Origin: an uncultured Planctomycetota bacterium
GTDB lineage: Bacteria > Planctomycetota > Planctomycetia > Pirellulales > Lacipirellulaceae
DNA: 64,000 nucleotides
Direction: 5' to 3'
Assembly: GCA_963719315.1 (NCBI GenBank)
Contig: CAVRBU010000017.1
Location: 104,922 to 168,921 of the forward strand
The notes below the pieces were generated by a model. The model had not been told where the DNA came from. It searched no databases and was given only the letters and a program-made list of their open reading frames with translations. Positions within the stretch are counted from its first letter, which is position 1, and each line of letters opens with the position of its first letter. The translations under genes were made by a program, and so were the position numbers. Positions 53,901 through 63,232 of this stretch are shown in pieces.

Positions 53901-54526
53901 ACGAATCCGCCGAGGCGCTCTTGAAAGAGATTCGCGAAGGCCGCGCGTCGGCCGCACTCCTTCGCGAGCCCTCGGTCATCGACCACCTCAAGGATGCCGA
54001 CCTCTCCGACCTCGATCAACAAATCAACGAACTCACAGCCAACCTTTCACCCACCGACAGCCGCATCGCCAAGCTCATTGCCCAGCGACGTCAAAACTAC
54101 CTGGCCGGCAAGTTCGATCCCGCAGCCGGCCGCGCCGTCTTCGCCAAAAGCGTGTGCGCCAAATGCCACCGCGTCGGCGAAGTCGGCAAAACAATCGGAC
54201 CCGCCCTCGACGGCATCGGCGTTCGCGGCCTCGATCGACTCCTGGAAGACACGCTCGACCCCAACCGCAACGTCAACGTCGCCTTTCGCACGATGATGAT
54301 CGAAACCGAAGGCGGCCAAATCCTCAACGGCTTCGGCCTCCGCGAAGACGGCCAAACGCTCGTCTTCAACGACGCCAACGGCGAACAAATCCGCGTCCCC
54401 CTGGCCGAAGTGGTCGAACGCAAACAATCAACGCTCTCCCCCATGCCGGCCAACGTCATCGAAGAAATGCCCGAACGCGACTACGACGCTCTCCTGGCCT
54501 ACTTGCTAAGCCTCAAAGGCAAATAG
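50992..54526 (+). CDS. PVC-type membrane-bound dehydrogenase / heme-binding CxxCH protein, frameshift near 53780
   Basis: FHLPPGFEIQLVA, DPWFRPVD, RGRIWRV, HEAT-like middle, C-terminal CAKCH...GPALDG...SPMP; the shift lies at an A-run. Confidence 0.9.
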
Positions 54527-54545
54527 CCACTTCATGCCCACCAAA

Positions 54546-54572
54546 GTAGGTCCCGCTTGCCGAGCGGGACCT
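54546..54572. repeat. GTAG-type REP hairpin
   Basis: GT-AGGTCCCGCT-tgccg-AGCGGGACCT. Confidence 0.65.
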
Positions 54573-54721
54573 CTGCCCGCACTGTGCAAGAAGCCGTTGC
54601 GCCGAGTATGCGAAGGGCCTGGTTGCGTCTTAACCGCTTAAAAAACCACTTCCATCCCAGTGCGTCTGGGCGTTCCACCGTGGTCCAGTTTGAAAAACTG
54701 AACGGCCCCGGCTCATGCTCG

Positions 54722-54843
54722 GGTGATGTCCTATTTGGCATCGTTCGTACCGGAATTTTGTAGCACGGACTTCAGTCCGTACGAGAATCACGGACTGAAG
54801 TCCGTGCTACAAGCTTGTTGTGCCGCAAAATTAGCACACCACC
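54722..54843 (-). mobile_element. MITE copy 4 (inverted; 8-bp TSD CATGCTCG)
   Basis: Reverse-complement copy; flanks 54714-54721 and 54844-54851 are both CATGCTCG. Confidence 0.88.
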
Positions 54844-54893
54844 CATGCTCGCCTGACGTTTCTCGCCACCTGAATCACTGCTAAAATGGAGTC

Positions 54894-55202
54894 ATGTTAG
54901 CCGCCGGATTATCAATCGACGAAGCTCTCTTGGCAACCCTCTGTCGTAAGTACGGCGTTGCCCGCCTCCTACTGTTTGGCTCTGCCCTGCGCGGCGATTT
55001 CGATCCCCGCCGCAGCGATATAGATGTGCTCGTCGAGTTCTTGCCGGGCTCGCACAAGAGCTTGTTCAAGCTCTTGGAATTCGAGCGGGAACTTAAGCAC
55101 CTGTTTGGCCGCCCTGTCGATGTGACGACTCCCGGAAGCCTCAGCAAGTATTTCCGAGACGATGTGCTAGCGGCGGCCGAGGTGCTGTATGACGCTGCAT
55201 GA
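54894..55202 (+). CDS. MNT (minimal nucleotidyltransferase) antitoxin
   Basis: LFGSALRGDF..SDIDVLVEF (GSX10DXD) and GRPVDV. Confidence 0.9.
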   Translation: MLAAGLSIDEALLATLCRKYGVARLLLFGSALRGDFDPRRSDIDVLVEFLPGSHKSLFKLLEFERELKHLFGRPVDVTTPGSLSKYFRDDVLAAAEVLYDAA

Positions 55203-55541
55203 TCCCAACATCCGCATTCAGCACATGCGCGTTCACATCACGCGGCGGAAGCGATCTCGATGTTTGGCAACACTTTGGTCGAGCATCTGGACCAAGATCG
55301 CAAACTTCAACTTGCTCTCGTCCAATTGATTGAAATCGTCGGCGAGGCCGCGTCACGGATTCCACACGATTTTCGTCAAGTCCATCCGAGAGTTCCCTGG
55401 CAATTGGCAGCCGACATGCGGCACAAATTGATTCACGGCTACGACGTGATCGAGTACAGCGTCGTCTACGACACTGTTACCGATGATCTGCCCGCGCTCG
55501 TCCGACAGCTCAACGCTGTTCTGCCGCCCGCCAGCGGATGA
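55189..55541 (+). CDS. HEPN (DUF86/HepT-like) toxin, frameshift near 55235
   Basis: EIVGEAA, PRVPW and MRHKLIHGYD (RX4HXY); ATG at 55189 overlaps the MNT stop. Confidence 0.85.
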
Positions 55542-55621
55542 AGCCTGATGTCGGTGGAAATTGTTCTCCGGTTCTTTGATTACTAGGCCCAGCATAAATG
55601 TCGCGTTACACTCAAGCGATT

Positions 55622-55653
55622 CCCCTCCTTCCTAGGGAGAGGTTGGGTGAGGG
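55622..55653. repeat. Degenerate CCCCTCTCCC/GGGAGAGGG-type short palindromic repeat
   Basis: CCCCTCCTTCCTAGGGAGAGGTTGGGTGAGGG. Confidence 0.5.
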
Positions 55654-55692
55654 TTCGTTCCTCGCGTCATCGCGCCACCGGCGGCTACCCCC

Positions 55693-56075
55693 ATGCCCTT
55701 CACCCACCAATTCAAACCGACCCACAAGGAAATCAAAACCTACCAGGAGCACTCTCCACCTACCCCACGCACGAAGTCGCCCACGAAGGCGCCACCAGTT
55801 CCGCCTTCCAAAACCTGCTCGCCGCCACCTGCAAAAAACCGACTGGCACCTCGTCCCGCAGCTCTCGACCCGCATCCGCGGCCGCCAAGTCCGCCCCGAC
55901 GGCACGCTCCGCGACGAGTTCAACCTCCACCACGGCTACTGGGAAGCCAAAGGCTCCGCCGACAAGCTCGACGAGGAAATCCGCAAGAAGATCGCTCTCG
56001 GCTATCCCCTTTCCAACACGATCTTCGAAGACACATCCACCGCCGTCCTCTTCCAAAATGTCAAAGAAGTCGAGC
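55693..56075 (+). pseudogene. N-terminal remnant of a type ISP-like restriction-modification enzyme
   Basis: Across frameshifts reads HEGATSSAFQNLL...RPDGTLRDEFNLHHGYWEAK..ADKLDEEIRKKIALGYPLSNTIFED (PD-ExK nuclease domain), then breaks off. Confidence 0.75.
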
Positions 56076-56248
56076 GGCGGTTTAATTGTCAATTGTTCCG
56101 ACTGGATAGTCGCCGCGCCGCCCGCTCCGTTCATTCCAATCTCCCGTAACAGGCCCGACCTCGTAGTCGTCGGCACGAAAAAGTATAATCAGGGAACTGC
56201 GGACGTTGAACGTTTAGTCAACTCACGCCGTAATAGTGTAATATCACT

Positions 56249-57042
56249 ATGATGCGACAAGCCTCTAAGTTTCGATTTGACTTCGCAAAGAAATTTCCTC
56301 ATTTGCCGTCTGCGCCGATCGTCGAGGCAGTGATCCACTGCGCGCGAGAGCGACTAAGCCGTGGCAACCGGAACAACTGCAACAAGAACTGATCGAAAAA
56401 CTCCCTGCTTACGCAAAATGCGAACCTCAGCGCGAACTGCAAGTCCGCGCCGAAATCGACGCGGAGGGCGCGAAAACCCAGCTTCGTCGCGATAGCTTTT
56501 TAGGTTTTCGATTGACATCAGTCGACAATCTTCACATCGCGCAGTTTAATCGCGATGGATTCGTCTTCAGTCGACTTCAGCCGTACGACAACTGGAAATG
56601 TTTTACCGAGGAAGGACTTCGCCTCTGGCAGGTTTATCTCGATCTGGCAGGTCCATCTGAGGTGGAACGTTTGGGCGTGCGATTCATTAATCAGATTTCA
56701 CTCAATCGCGTTTCAGATATTGTCAAGATATCGTCGAAGCAGTCTAAGTGTCTCGATTCGCTCGGATTGCCTTTGGCCAGCTTCTTCCACCTGGATACCT
56801 ACGACGTACCTGAGCATCCGTACGGAATAAACGTGGCTCAAACGATCCAGCCACCAACACTTCCTGACAAGGGCGAATTCGGGTTAATACTAGATATTGA
56901 CGTGTTTACAAAGGACGCGTTTGAATGCGCGGATGAAATTCTCCGCGAGCATTTGCCAAAGATGCGCTTGCTTAAGGACGAAGCGTTCTTTAGCCTAATC
57001 AAGCCGAAAGCAATCGATTCCTTTAGAATGGAGCGAAAATGA
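56249..57042 (+). CDS. TIGR04255-like protein, 1-bp frameshift near 56340
   Basis: HLPSAPIVEAVI, FSRLQPYDNW..F, ERLGVRFINQI and LILDIDV; the upstream frame joins ORF 56512..57042. Confidence 0.75.
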
Positions 57043-57500
57043 ATTCCAACCTCACCACTCGCGGATTCAGCGACGCAGCAGCGTTCGTAAGCAGGCAGGC
57101 AACGGAGGGCAGGAAGCGATTGCATGAATCAAGCGCGTTCGGCATCGAAAGTACACTCCGCGATGAATTTGCCGCCGTTTGGGAAGAGTGCCGCGATGCA
57201 AACTGGGACGGATACAATGCGCAGCCGGTAACGCAGGATGTGCTGCGGAACGCGTATGTGTTTTTGGAGGCATTGCCTTTTGGCTTTCCCCGGCCGTCGA
57301 TCGGCGCTGAACCAGACGGAGATTTGACGTTGGAGTGGCATCGCTCTGCTCGACGTACTCTTTCTGTGAGCGTGAATCCTTACGGCGAGCTTCACTACTC
57401 CGCTCTGTTCGGACCCAATCGTGTGTATGGAACGGAAGCATTCTTCGGCGACGTTCCCGAAACGATCTTGAGTTTGGTCCGGCGGGTCTATACGGCATGA
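57039..57500 (+). CDS. Hypothetical protein (NWDGY motif), middle gene of triad
   Basis: ATGA overlap with the upstream stop; ANWDGYNAQPV and GAEPDGDLTLEW. Confidence 0.8.
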   Translation: MNSNLTTRGFSDAAAFVSRQATEGRKRLHESSAFGIESTLRDEFAAVWEECRDANWDGYNAQPVTQDVLRNAYVFLEALPFGFPRPSIGAEPDGDLTLEWHRSARRTLSVSVNPYGELHYSALFGPNRVYGTEAFFGDVPETILSLVRRVYTA

Positions 57501-57898
57501 TCGACCCGAGCAACGTACCCGATGTCTCTGCCGACGAGTTGCTAGCTCGGTATATTCTTCAGAAGAGCTACATTCGCGGCGATCGATCGATCAAACCGAA
57601 TGCTTTCATGCCGCCGACGAATCTGGAGCTGTCAGTAACTCGGCATCATTCGGCGAGCGAAGAAGACCTTTGGGCGGTTGGCGATGATGTCGCCGCTGAG
57701 TGTGATAAGACGCTTTACGGGCGGGGTGATGTCCGTGCGGACGTTTGCTCAGCTCAGACGCTCGATGTACGACCGGATCCTCGAATTCCGGACAATCCCA
57801 ATCACGCAATTGTCTGCGATTGGCCGGACGACAAACCGACGCAAAAAAACATCGCTCAAGAGATTGCAGCGTCAGCCAGATTTTTGCCGAAGCCTTAA
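57497..57898 (+). CDS. Hypothetical protein, putative ADP-ribosyltransferase-like fold
   Basis: ATGA overlap; DELLARY...KPNAF...ELSVTR...NPNHAIV pattern. Fold is inferred. Confidence 0.7.
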   Translation: MIDPSNVPDVSADELLARYILQKSYIRGDRSIKPNAFMPPTNLELSVTRHHSASEEDLWAVGDDVAAECDKTLYGRGDVRADVCSAQTLDVRPDPRIPDNPNHAIVCDWPDDKPTQKNIAQEIAASARFLPKP

Positions 57899-58034
57899 AG
57901 CTTCGTTCGCTCTTTCCGCACTGGCAGCCTTTGGAGCGGCACTTCTGACATGCATTTGGACACCAACGCATTCTCAGATCGCCCGCACAGGATGCAGCAC
58001 GAATTGCGCCGACGCCAGGGCGACGGATATGGCT

Positions 58035-58097
58035 GCGACGAGTTCAACCTCCACCACAGCTACTGGGAGGCCAAAGACTCGTCCGACAAGCTCGACG
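58035..58097 (+). repeat. Second copy of R-M nuclease-domain fragment (direct repeat of 55911-55973)
   Basis: 58 of 63 nt identical by manual alignment. Confidence 0.9.
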
Positions 58098-58106
58098 TCG
58101 CGTTCG

Positions 58107-58997
58107 AAGGATGATGGTACAAATTCTTGTCATCAGACGGCGAAGGCATACGCCCAAGAGATACTCCAATTCATCACTACGCGCCACGGCCAAGGGGCCG
58201 TCGGCCGCATGATGCTTGCGGACTTCAGCATGGACGACGTGGAGGGCTAGAACCGAGCCATCGTCGAAGCCGGCTATTCGTCGTCGCAAGTCACCAAGCG
58301 ACTCCAATTCGTTAAGGCCATCATCGACCGTGCAGGAAGACCTGAGCATGGTGGTCAGGTGCTCGCTTGGAATTGGGATTCCCGTGACGTACATCACGGC
58401 AAACCTGCCCGCAAACGCAGCTTGCCCTCACTCGCTCAATTGAAGTTGATTCTCAACAATTGTGGTCCTCGCGAGACGGCAATGATTTGGATGGCAATTG
58501 GCTGCGGTTTCGGGCAACGCGATCTCGCGTCGATCCGCGTCGGCCAGGTGGACAAGAAGAGTTACGACCTGCGTCGAGGCAAGACGGGTATTGAGCGATA
58601 CGGCGAGACGCCGCCGATGGTTTGGAATGCGATTCAGGAGTACCTCAAGCGGCAACATGGCGCCCTAATGTTTATCACCGTCAAAGGAATGCCGGTAGTC
58701 CACGAACATGCAGACTCGGTCCACCTTTGGTGGTCCAAACTCGTCAAGCGATTGGGCGAAGATTGCAAGGGAGCCGGCGGCTTCTACACGCTGCGGCACT
58801 TGGGAGCCACAGAATTCGGCTCACGGACAGGATGCTCCATAGGAGCGATGAAGCGCTGGCTCGGTCACTCGGCAAGCTCCGACATGGCCGATGTCTACAT
58901 GAAACCCGTATCGCCGGAAAATCGCCCAGTTATCGAATGGGTCCGCACGGCTCTGCGGACCGCAAAGGCAGACTTTCACAAGAATGCGAAGACTTGA
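58107..58997 (+). pseudogene. Tyrosine recombinase/integrase, 5'-truncated with in-frame TAG at 58248
   Basis: ORFs 57678..58250 and 58359..58997 share a frame; GCGFGQRD, RRGKTG, FYTLRH, WLGH and ADVY motifs; ends 8 bp from the tRNA 3' end. Confidence 0.8.
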
Positions 58998-59005
58998 CAT
59001 CAGAA

Positions 59006-59076
59006 AGCGGGTGAAGGGAATCGAACCCTCGTATCGGGGTTGGGAACCACGCGCTCTGCCATTGAGCTACACCCGC
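59006..59076 (-). tRNA. tRNA-Gly(CCC)
   Basis: GCGGGTG-TA-GCTC AATGGCA GAGC-G-CGTGG TTCCCAA CCCCG-ATAC-GAGGG TTCGATT CCCTT-CACCCGC-T; CCA not encoded. Confidence 0.9.
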
Positions 59077-59174
59077 GGATCTTCTCGCATCACTACTCCA
59101 CTCTGATGCAGGCCGAAATCAGCCACGATTTTAATCTGCCGGGAATCCCATGAAAAGCCGCCAGCCGTTTGAAT

Positions 59175-60283
59175 GGCACGTTCAAATTCCAAATGCAACA
59201 TCTCGGCGATGAGCCCAGAGTTGGAGGACTTCGCGGGGAGTGCGATCGTCGAGTCGTTTGCGGGGGCGATCATTCAATGAGGATTGGATGGCGGCCACCG
59301 CGCGGTGGCTGGTCGCCGTGAAGTCAGTGCCTTTTGGCGTGTATTGCCGAACCAGGCCGTTGGTATGCTCGTTGGTGCCGCGTTCCCAGGGGGCGTAGGG
59401 ATGCGCGAAGTAGATGTCGATGCCGGTCGCCGTGCTCAACTGCTCATGCTCGGCGAATTCCTTGCCGTTGTCAAACGTGACCGTGCGGCAGAGTGCAGCG
59501 GGCAGCGCCGCGAGACGATCTTCGGCAGCCGCGCGAACTGTGGCGGCGCGACGATCGTTCACGCGGGCCAAGAGGGTGAATCCCGACTTGCGTTCGACCA
59601 GCGAGAGAAGTCCGCCGCGGTGGGCGCGTCCGACGATCGTGTCGCCTTCCCAATCGCCAAAGCGCCGACGGGAATCGACGACGGTGGGGCGCCCATCGAT
59701 TCGTACGGCGTTCGGCAACCGGCCCGCGTCTTCTCGGCGTTTTCGCCAGGGCCGGCCAAACCGCAAACAACTGCGCCATTGGCAACGTTCTTCTTTGGTC
59801 CGGGCATTGATCCATTGATAGATCGTCTGCCGGGAGATCTGTCGCCGGGGTTCGCCGCGAAAATCGAGCTGCGAGCGGCCGGCGATTTGATCGGGAGACC
59901 AATAGCGCTCGAGGCCCTGACTAACGTACTTGCGGACGACCGGATCATCCATCTTCCGCACGCGATGGTTGAACCACCGGCGAACGTCGGTTCGCTGCTG
60001 GGCCTCCTCGGGAATATAGCCGAGTGGACCCGAGTTGCGGCTCAGCTCCCGATAGATGGTTGACCGATCCTTCTTGAGACGCCGGGCAATTTCCGATTGG
60101 GGAGTGTTCATCGAAAGCAATTCCGCTAGGACCGCTCGGTCCTCCGAGGTAAGCTGTTTGGACATCGCTGGGACTCCGTTCGAATGTCGTTCGTGCACAA
60201 CCCGACATTTGGACATCCCACTGATGTTTTCTCCAAGATCAGTTACGCTCCGCTAGCTGGTGCATTTGGTTTTGGAACCTGCC
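59175..60283 (-). mobile_element. IS30-family insertion sequence
   Basis: Imperfect 25-bp TIRs GGCACGTTCAAATTCCAAATGCAAC / GGCAGGTTCCAAAACCAAATGCACC enclosing the transposase. Confidence 0.88.
59182..60165 (-). CDS. IS30-family transposase
   Basis: HTH (SEIARRL..RSTIYREL), WSPDQIAG, GDWEGDT, DNGKEF, WERGTNE and LNDRPRK. Confidence 0.93.
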   Translation of the reverse strand: MSKQLTSEDRAVLAELLSMNTPQSEIARRLKKDRSTIYRELSRNSGPLGYIPEEAQQRTDVRRWFNHRVRKMDDPVVRKYVSQGLERYWSPDQIAGRSQLDFRGEPRRQISRQTIYQWINARTKEERCQWRSCLRFGRPWRKRREDAGRLPNAVRIDGRPTVVDSRRRFGDWEGDTIVGRAHRGGLLSLVERKSGFTLLARVNDRRAATVRAAAEDRLAALPAALCRTVTFDNGKEFAEHEQLSTATGIDIYFAHPYAPWERGTNEHTNGLVRQYTPKGTDFTATSHRAVAAIQSSLNDRPRKRLDDRTPREVLQLWAHRRDVAFGI

Positions 60284-60690
60284 GTTATTGTTGGCTGTGG
60301 TCGTTCACTCCGCCGCGATCCAAGACCGCGTTGGAGCCAAGGTACTGTTCATTAAGGCAGCCGCGTCGTTTCCCGCCATTTCGCTGGCATGGGCCGACGG
60401 CGGCTACGCCGGCAAGCTGATCGTCTGGCTCAATCGCTGGTGTGGTTGGGTCTTGGAAATTGTCCGTAAGCTGGAACAGCAGACTGGTTTTCAACTCCTT
60501 CGCAAACGCTGGATCGTAGAACGCACCTTCGCCTGGCTGGCACATTCCCGGCGACTCAGTAAAGACTATGAGGAACTGGTGGAAAACAGCGAAGCCATGA
60601 TCCAAATTGCTATGATCCGGCTCATGCTGCAACGACTCTGCCGGCCAGCCAAGCCTCAACGACGATGATAGCTATTAACAAACACCTTCT
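60284..60690 (+). pseudogene. IS5-family (IS1031/IS427-like) transposase 3' fragment
   Basis: WADGGY, RWIVERTFAWL and RRLSKDYE; the 5' part is missing at the IS30 end. Confidence 0.85.
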
Positions 60691-61031
60691 AAGACATTTG
60701 CCTGCTTGAGCGATCGGCGCGGCGCGGTTCAACTTTCTCCACGGCTTCGACCGCAAATTGCATTACATAATCGAGCGGGCATGGGCACGCAGGTTTGTCA
60801 TTGTACTCGCAGTCAGAACAAATCGTGTCATGAAGTTTTCGATGCATGGATCTATTAGCGCACTGTCGGTGGTTCGGCAAAGTTCAATAAGAGCCGTCAA
60901 GTGGCGTTCGATGCCGCACCCTTCACCCAACGGACCGCAAGGCAGCGCGCCGGCCGGCGCTCGACACGGCGGCTGCACACTTCGGCCCTCAAATCAGTCT
61001 GGTATTCGTCGAGTTTGTTTAGGGTATTCAT
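60689..61031 (-). pseudogene. Cys-rich small protein, multiply frameshifted
   Basis: Fragments EVCSR, PCGPLGEGCGIERHL and ICSDCEY...CPCPLDY in three frames. Confidence 0.5.
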
Positions 61032-61206
61032 GGCGAAGTTCCTTACGGAAGATGCGATCGGCCACTTCCTGACGGTGAACAGGGTCATTCGCTGGCGCGT
61101 CGATGCCGACATGCACCTTGTTGCTTGCGATGTGGAAAACCTCAATCGAAATACCGAGCGTTGAAAAAACGATCTTTTTGTTGTGACCACGTGAAAGAAT
61201 TAGCAA
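60994..61206 (-). CDS. CsrA-like carbon storage regulator
   Basis: MLILSR...IEVFHI..NKVHVGIDAP...VHRQEV matches the CsrA/RsmA pattern. Confidence 0.8.
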   Translation of the reverse strand: MLILSRGHNKKIVFSTLGISIEVFHIASNKVHVGIDAPANDPVHRQEVADRIFRKELRHEYPKQTRRIPD

Positions 61207-61265
61207 CTTGGCCTTCTTGCCAAGTGGTGACTTCGAGCTATTGCATTTGGCATAGAAGTTTCAAG

Positions 61266-61280
61266 GCAAACCAGATGCCA
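61266..61280 (-). promoter_or_regulatory. Putative sigma-54 (-24/-12) promoter
   Basis: Minus strand TGGCATCTGGTTTGC fits TGGCAC-N5-TTGC with correct GG-N10-GC spacing, ~60 bp upstream of the csrA-like start. Confidence 0.55.
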
Positions 61281-61527
61281 TCGACCAGCGTGCTCTGAAT
61301 TAGAAGCCGTATCGCTGGTCAGAGTGCAATTCCCTTAGGAATAGGGATACTTTTGGATCTGCGTCATCGGCCCTCAGCAAATCGCAGCTTGCATCCGTGG
61401 AGATCGGCATTGAAACGGGACCCACCTGGGGTGCGGAATCGGCATTGAAAAGGGACCCACCGCAGCGGACTTCGTAAGCTGGATTCCCGGTTTTTAAACT
61501 GGGGAATTCAGCGAAGCGGAGTCAAGG

Positions 61528-63232
61528 ATGCTGAAGGTGGAGGATTACGGCAGGATACGTCGTGCTCATCGCGATGGCATGAGCATTCGGGAGATCGCCC
61601 GGACGTTTGGGCATTCGCGACGAAAGATCCGCGAGGCACTGGCGCAGGCAGAGCCGCGGCCTTACACGCTGTCGCTACCGCGACCGCGGCGGGTGCTGAC
61701 CGATGTGCACCAGCAATGGATCGGCGCGATTCTCGTCGAAGATGAGCAGGCGCCTCGCAAGCAACGTCACACAGGAGCGCAACTCTTTCGGCGGCTGCGG
61801 GACGAAGAGCAGTACGTCGGCAGCTACGACCAGGTGCGAAGGTACGTGGCCGCGACGCGGGGGCGGCAGCGCGAAACGTTTCTCCCTTTGTCGTACGAGC
61901 CAGGCCAACGGGCCGAGAGCGACTTCGGTCAGATCTGGGTCGACTTCCCGGAAGGCAGGCGCCAGGTTCCGATCCTGCTGGTGACGTGGGCCTACTCGAA
62001 CGCCACCTTTATGATTGCGCTGCCGAGCGAAAAGACCGAGGCGATCCTGCATGGCACGGTGGCGGCGTTTGCGTTTTTTCGTTGCGTGCCCAAAGAACTG
62101 TGGTGGGATAATCCAAGAACCGTTGCGACCACGATTCTGCGTGGCCGCCAACGGGAGTTGAACCAGCGCTGGCAGGCGCTGGCCAGTCACTACAACTTCG
62201 AGCCGTTGTTCTGCCTGCCGGCTCGCGGTAACGAAAAGCCGCACGTCGAGAACCGGGTGAAGCTGTTGGAGCGCCAGTGGGCGACGCCGGTCCCTCAAGT
62301 GAAGGATCTGACAGAGCTAAATGCCTACCTGCTTCAATGCTGCGAGCGGGATGCTCGGCGGACGATTGCGGGCCACAGCGAAACGATCGGCGCGCTTCGC
62401 GACAGAGCAGATTAGCGCCTTGCCGCTGCCCGAGCGCCCGTTTGAAGCCGCCGTGAGCGAGGTCCGTCAAGTCGACAAGTACCAGACGGTCGCCTGGGAG
62501 AAGAATCGCTACAGCGTGCCGCGGCGGCATGCGTTCGCCACGGTCACGGTAAAAGCCACTATCGATCGCATCGAAGTCATCCGCGACGGCCAGCGGATTG
62601 CCCGGCACGAGCGCTCCTACGGACAGGGCGAGCAAGTGCTCGATCCGCTGCACTACCTGTCCACTCTGGGAGTGAAGCCAGCCTATTTGGATCACACTGA
62701 CGTTTACCGCAATTGGCGTCTGCCGGCGGCGTTTACCCAGTTGCGCGAACATTTTGAAACACGCCACGGATCGTTGCCGGGCGCTCGGCAATTCATCCGC
62801 GTGCTGCAGCTGTTGGCAGAGCACCCGCTGACTCGGGTTGAGCAGGCCATCCAGGCCTGCCGCGGCGACGGCGTCGTCACGGCCGAGCGGATTGCTGGGC
62901 TCTGCGAGCGACTGGCGCTGCGCTCCACCCGCGGCGAAGCGAACCTAATCGGGCAGCTGCGATCGATTCCTGCGGTGCAAGTCCCGCTGCCGGACTTGCG
63001 CCGCTTTGACTCGTTACTCTCTCACGGAGGAGAAGATCATGGCCCAGAAAGAAACGCCCCTGTTACTGCGTTCGAACCTCAAGGCGCTACGCCTGCCGAC
63101 GATGCTGGCCGAGTATGGCAAGCTCGCCGGGGAAGCGACCAACAGCAACCAGGACTACCTCGACTATCTGTTGCGCCTGACGGAGTTGGAGTTAGCCACA
63201 CGCAGTGCCAATGCTCTGCAGGCGCGCATTAA
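61528..63232 (+). CDS. istA: IS21 transposase IstA, frameshift near 62390
   Basis: HTH (SIREIAR), ESDFG, WWDN, GNEKPHVE and NRYSVP; 3' end uncertain because the frame overlaps istB. Confidence 0.88.

Noticed and set aside
45440..59076. tRNA-Gly as a dedicated non-ribosomal donor for the FemAB-like enzyme
   Set aside because: The tRNA has ordinary D-loop GG, TTC and T-stem pairs, lies 13 kb away and is explained as an integration site.
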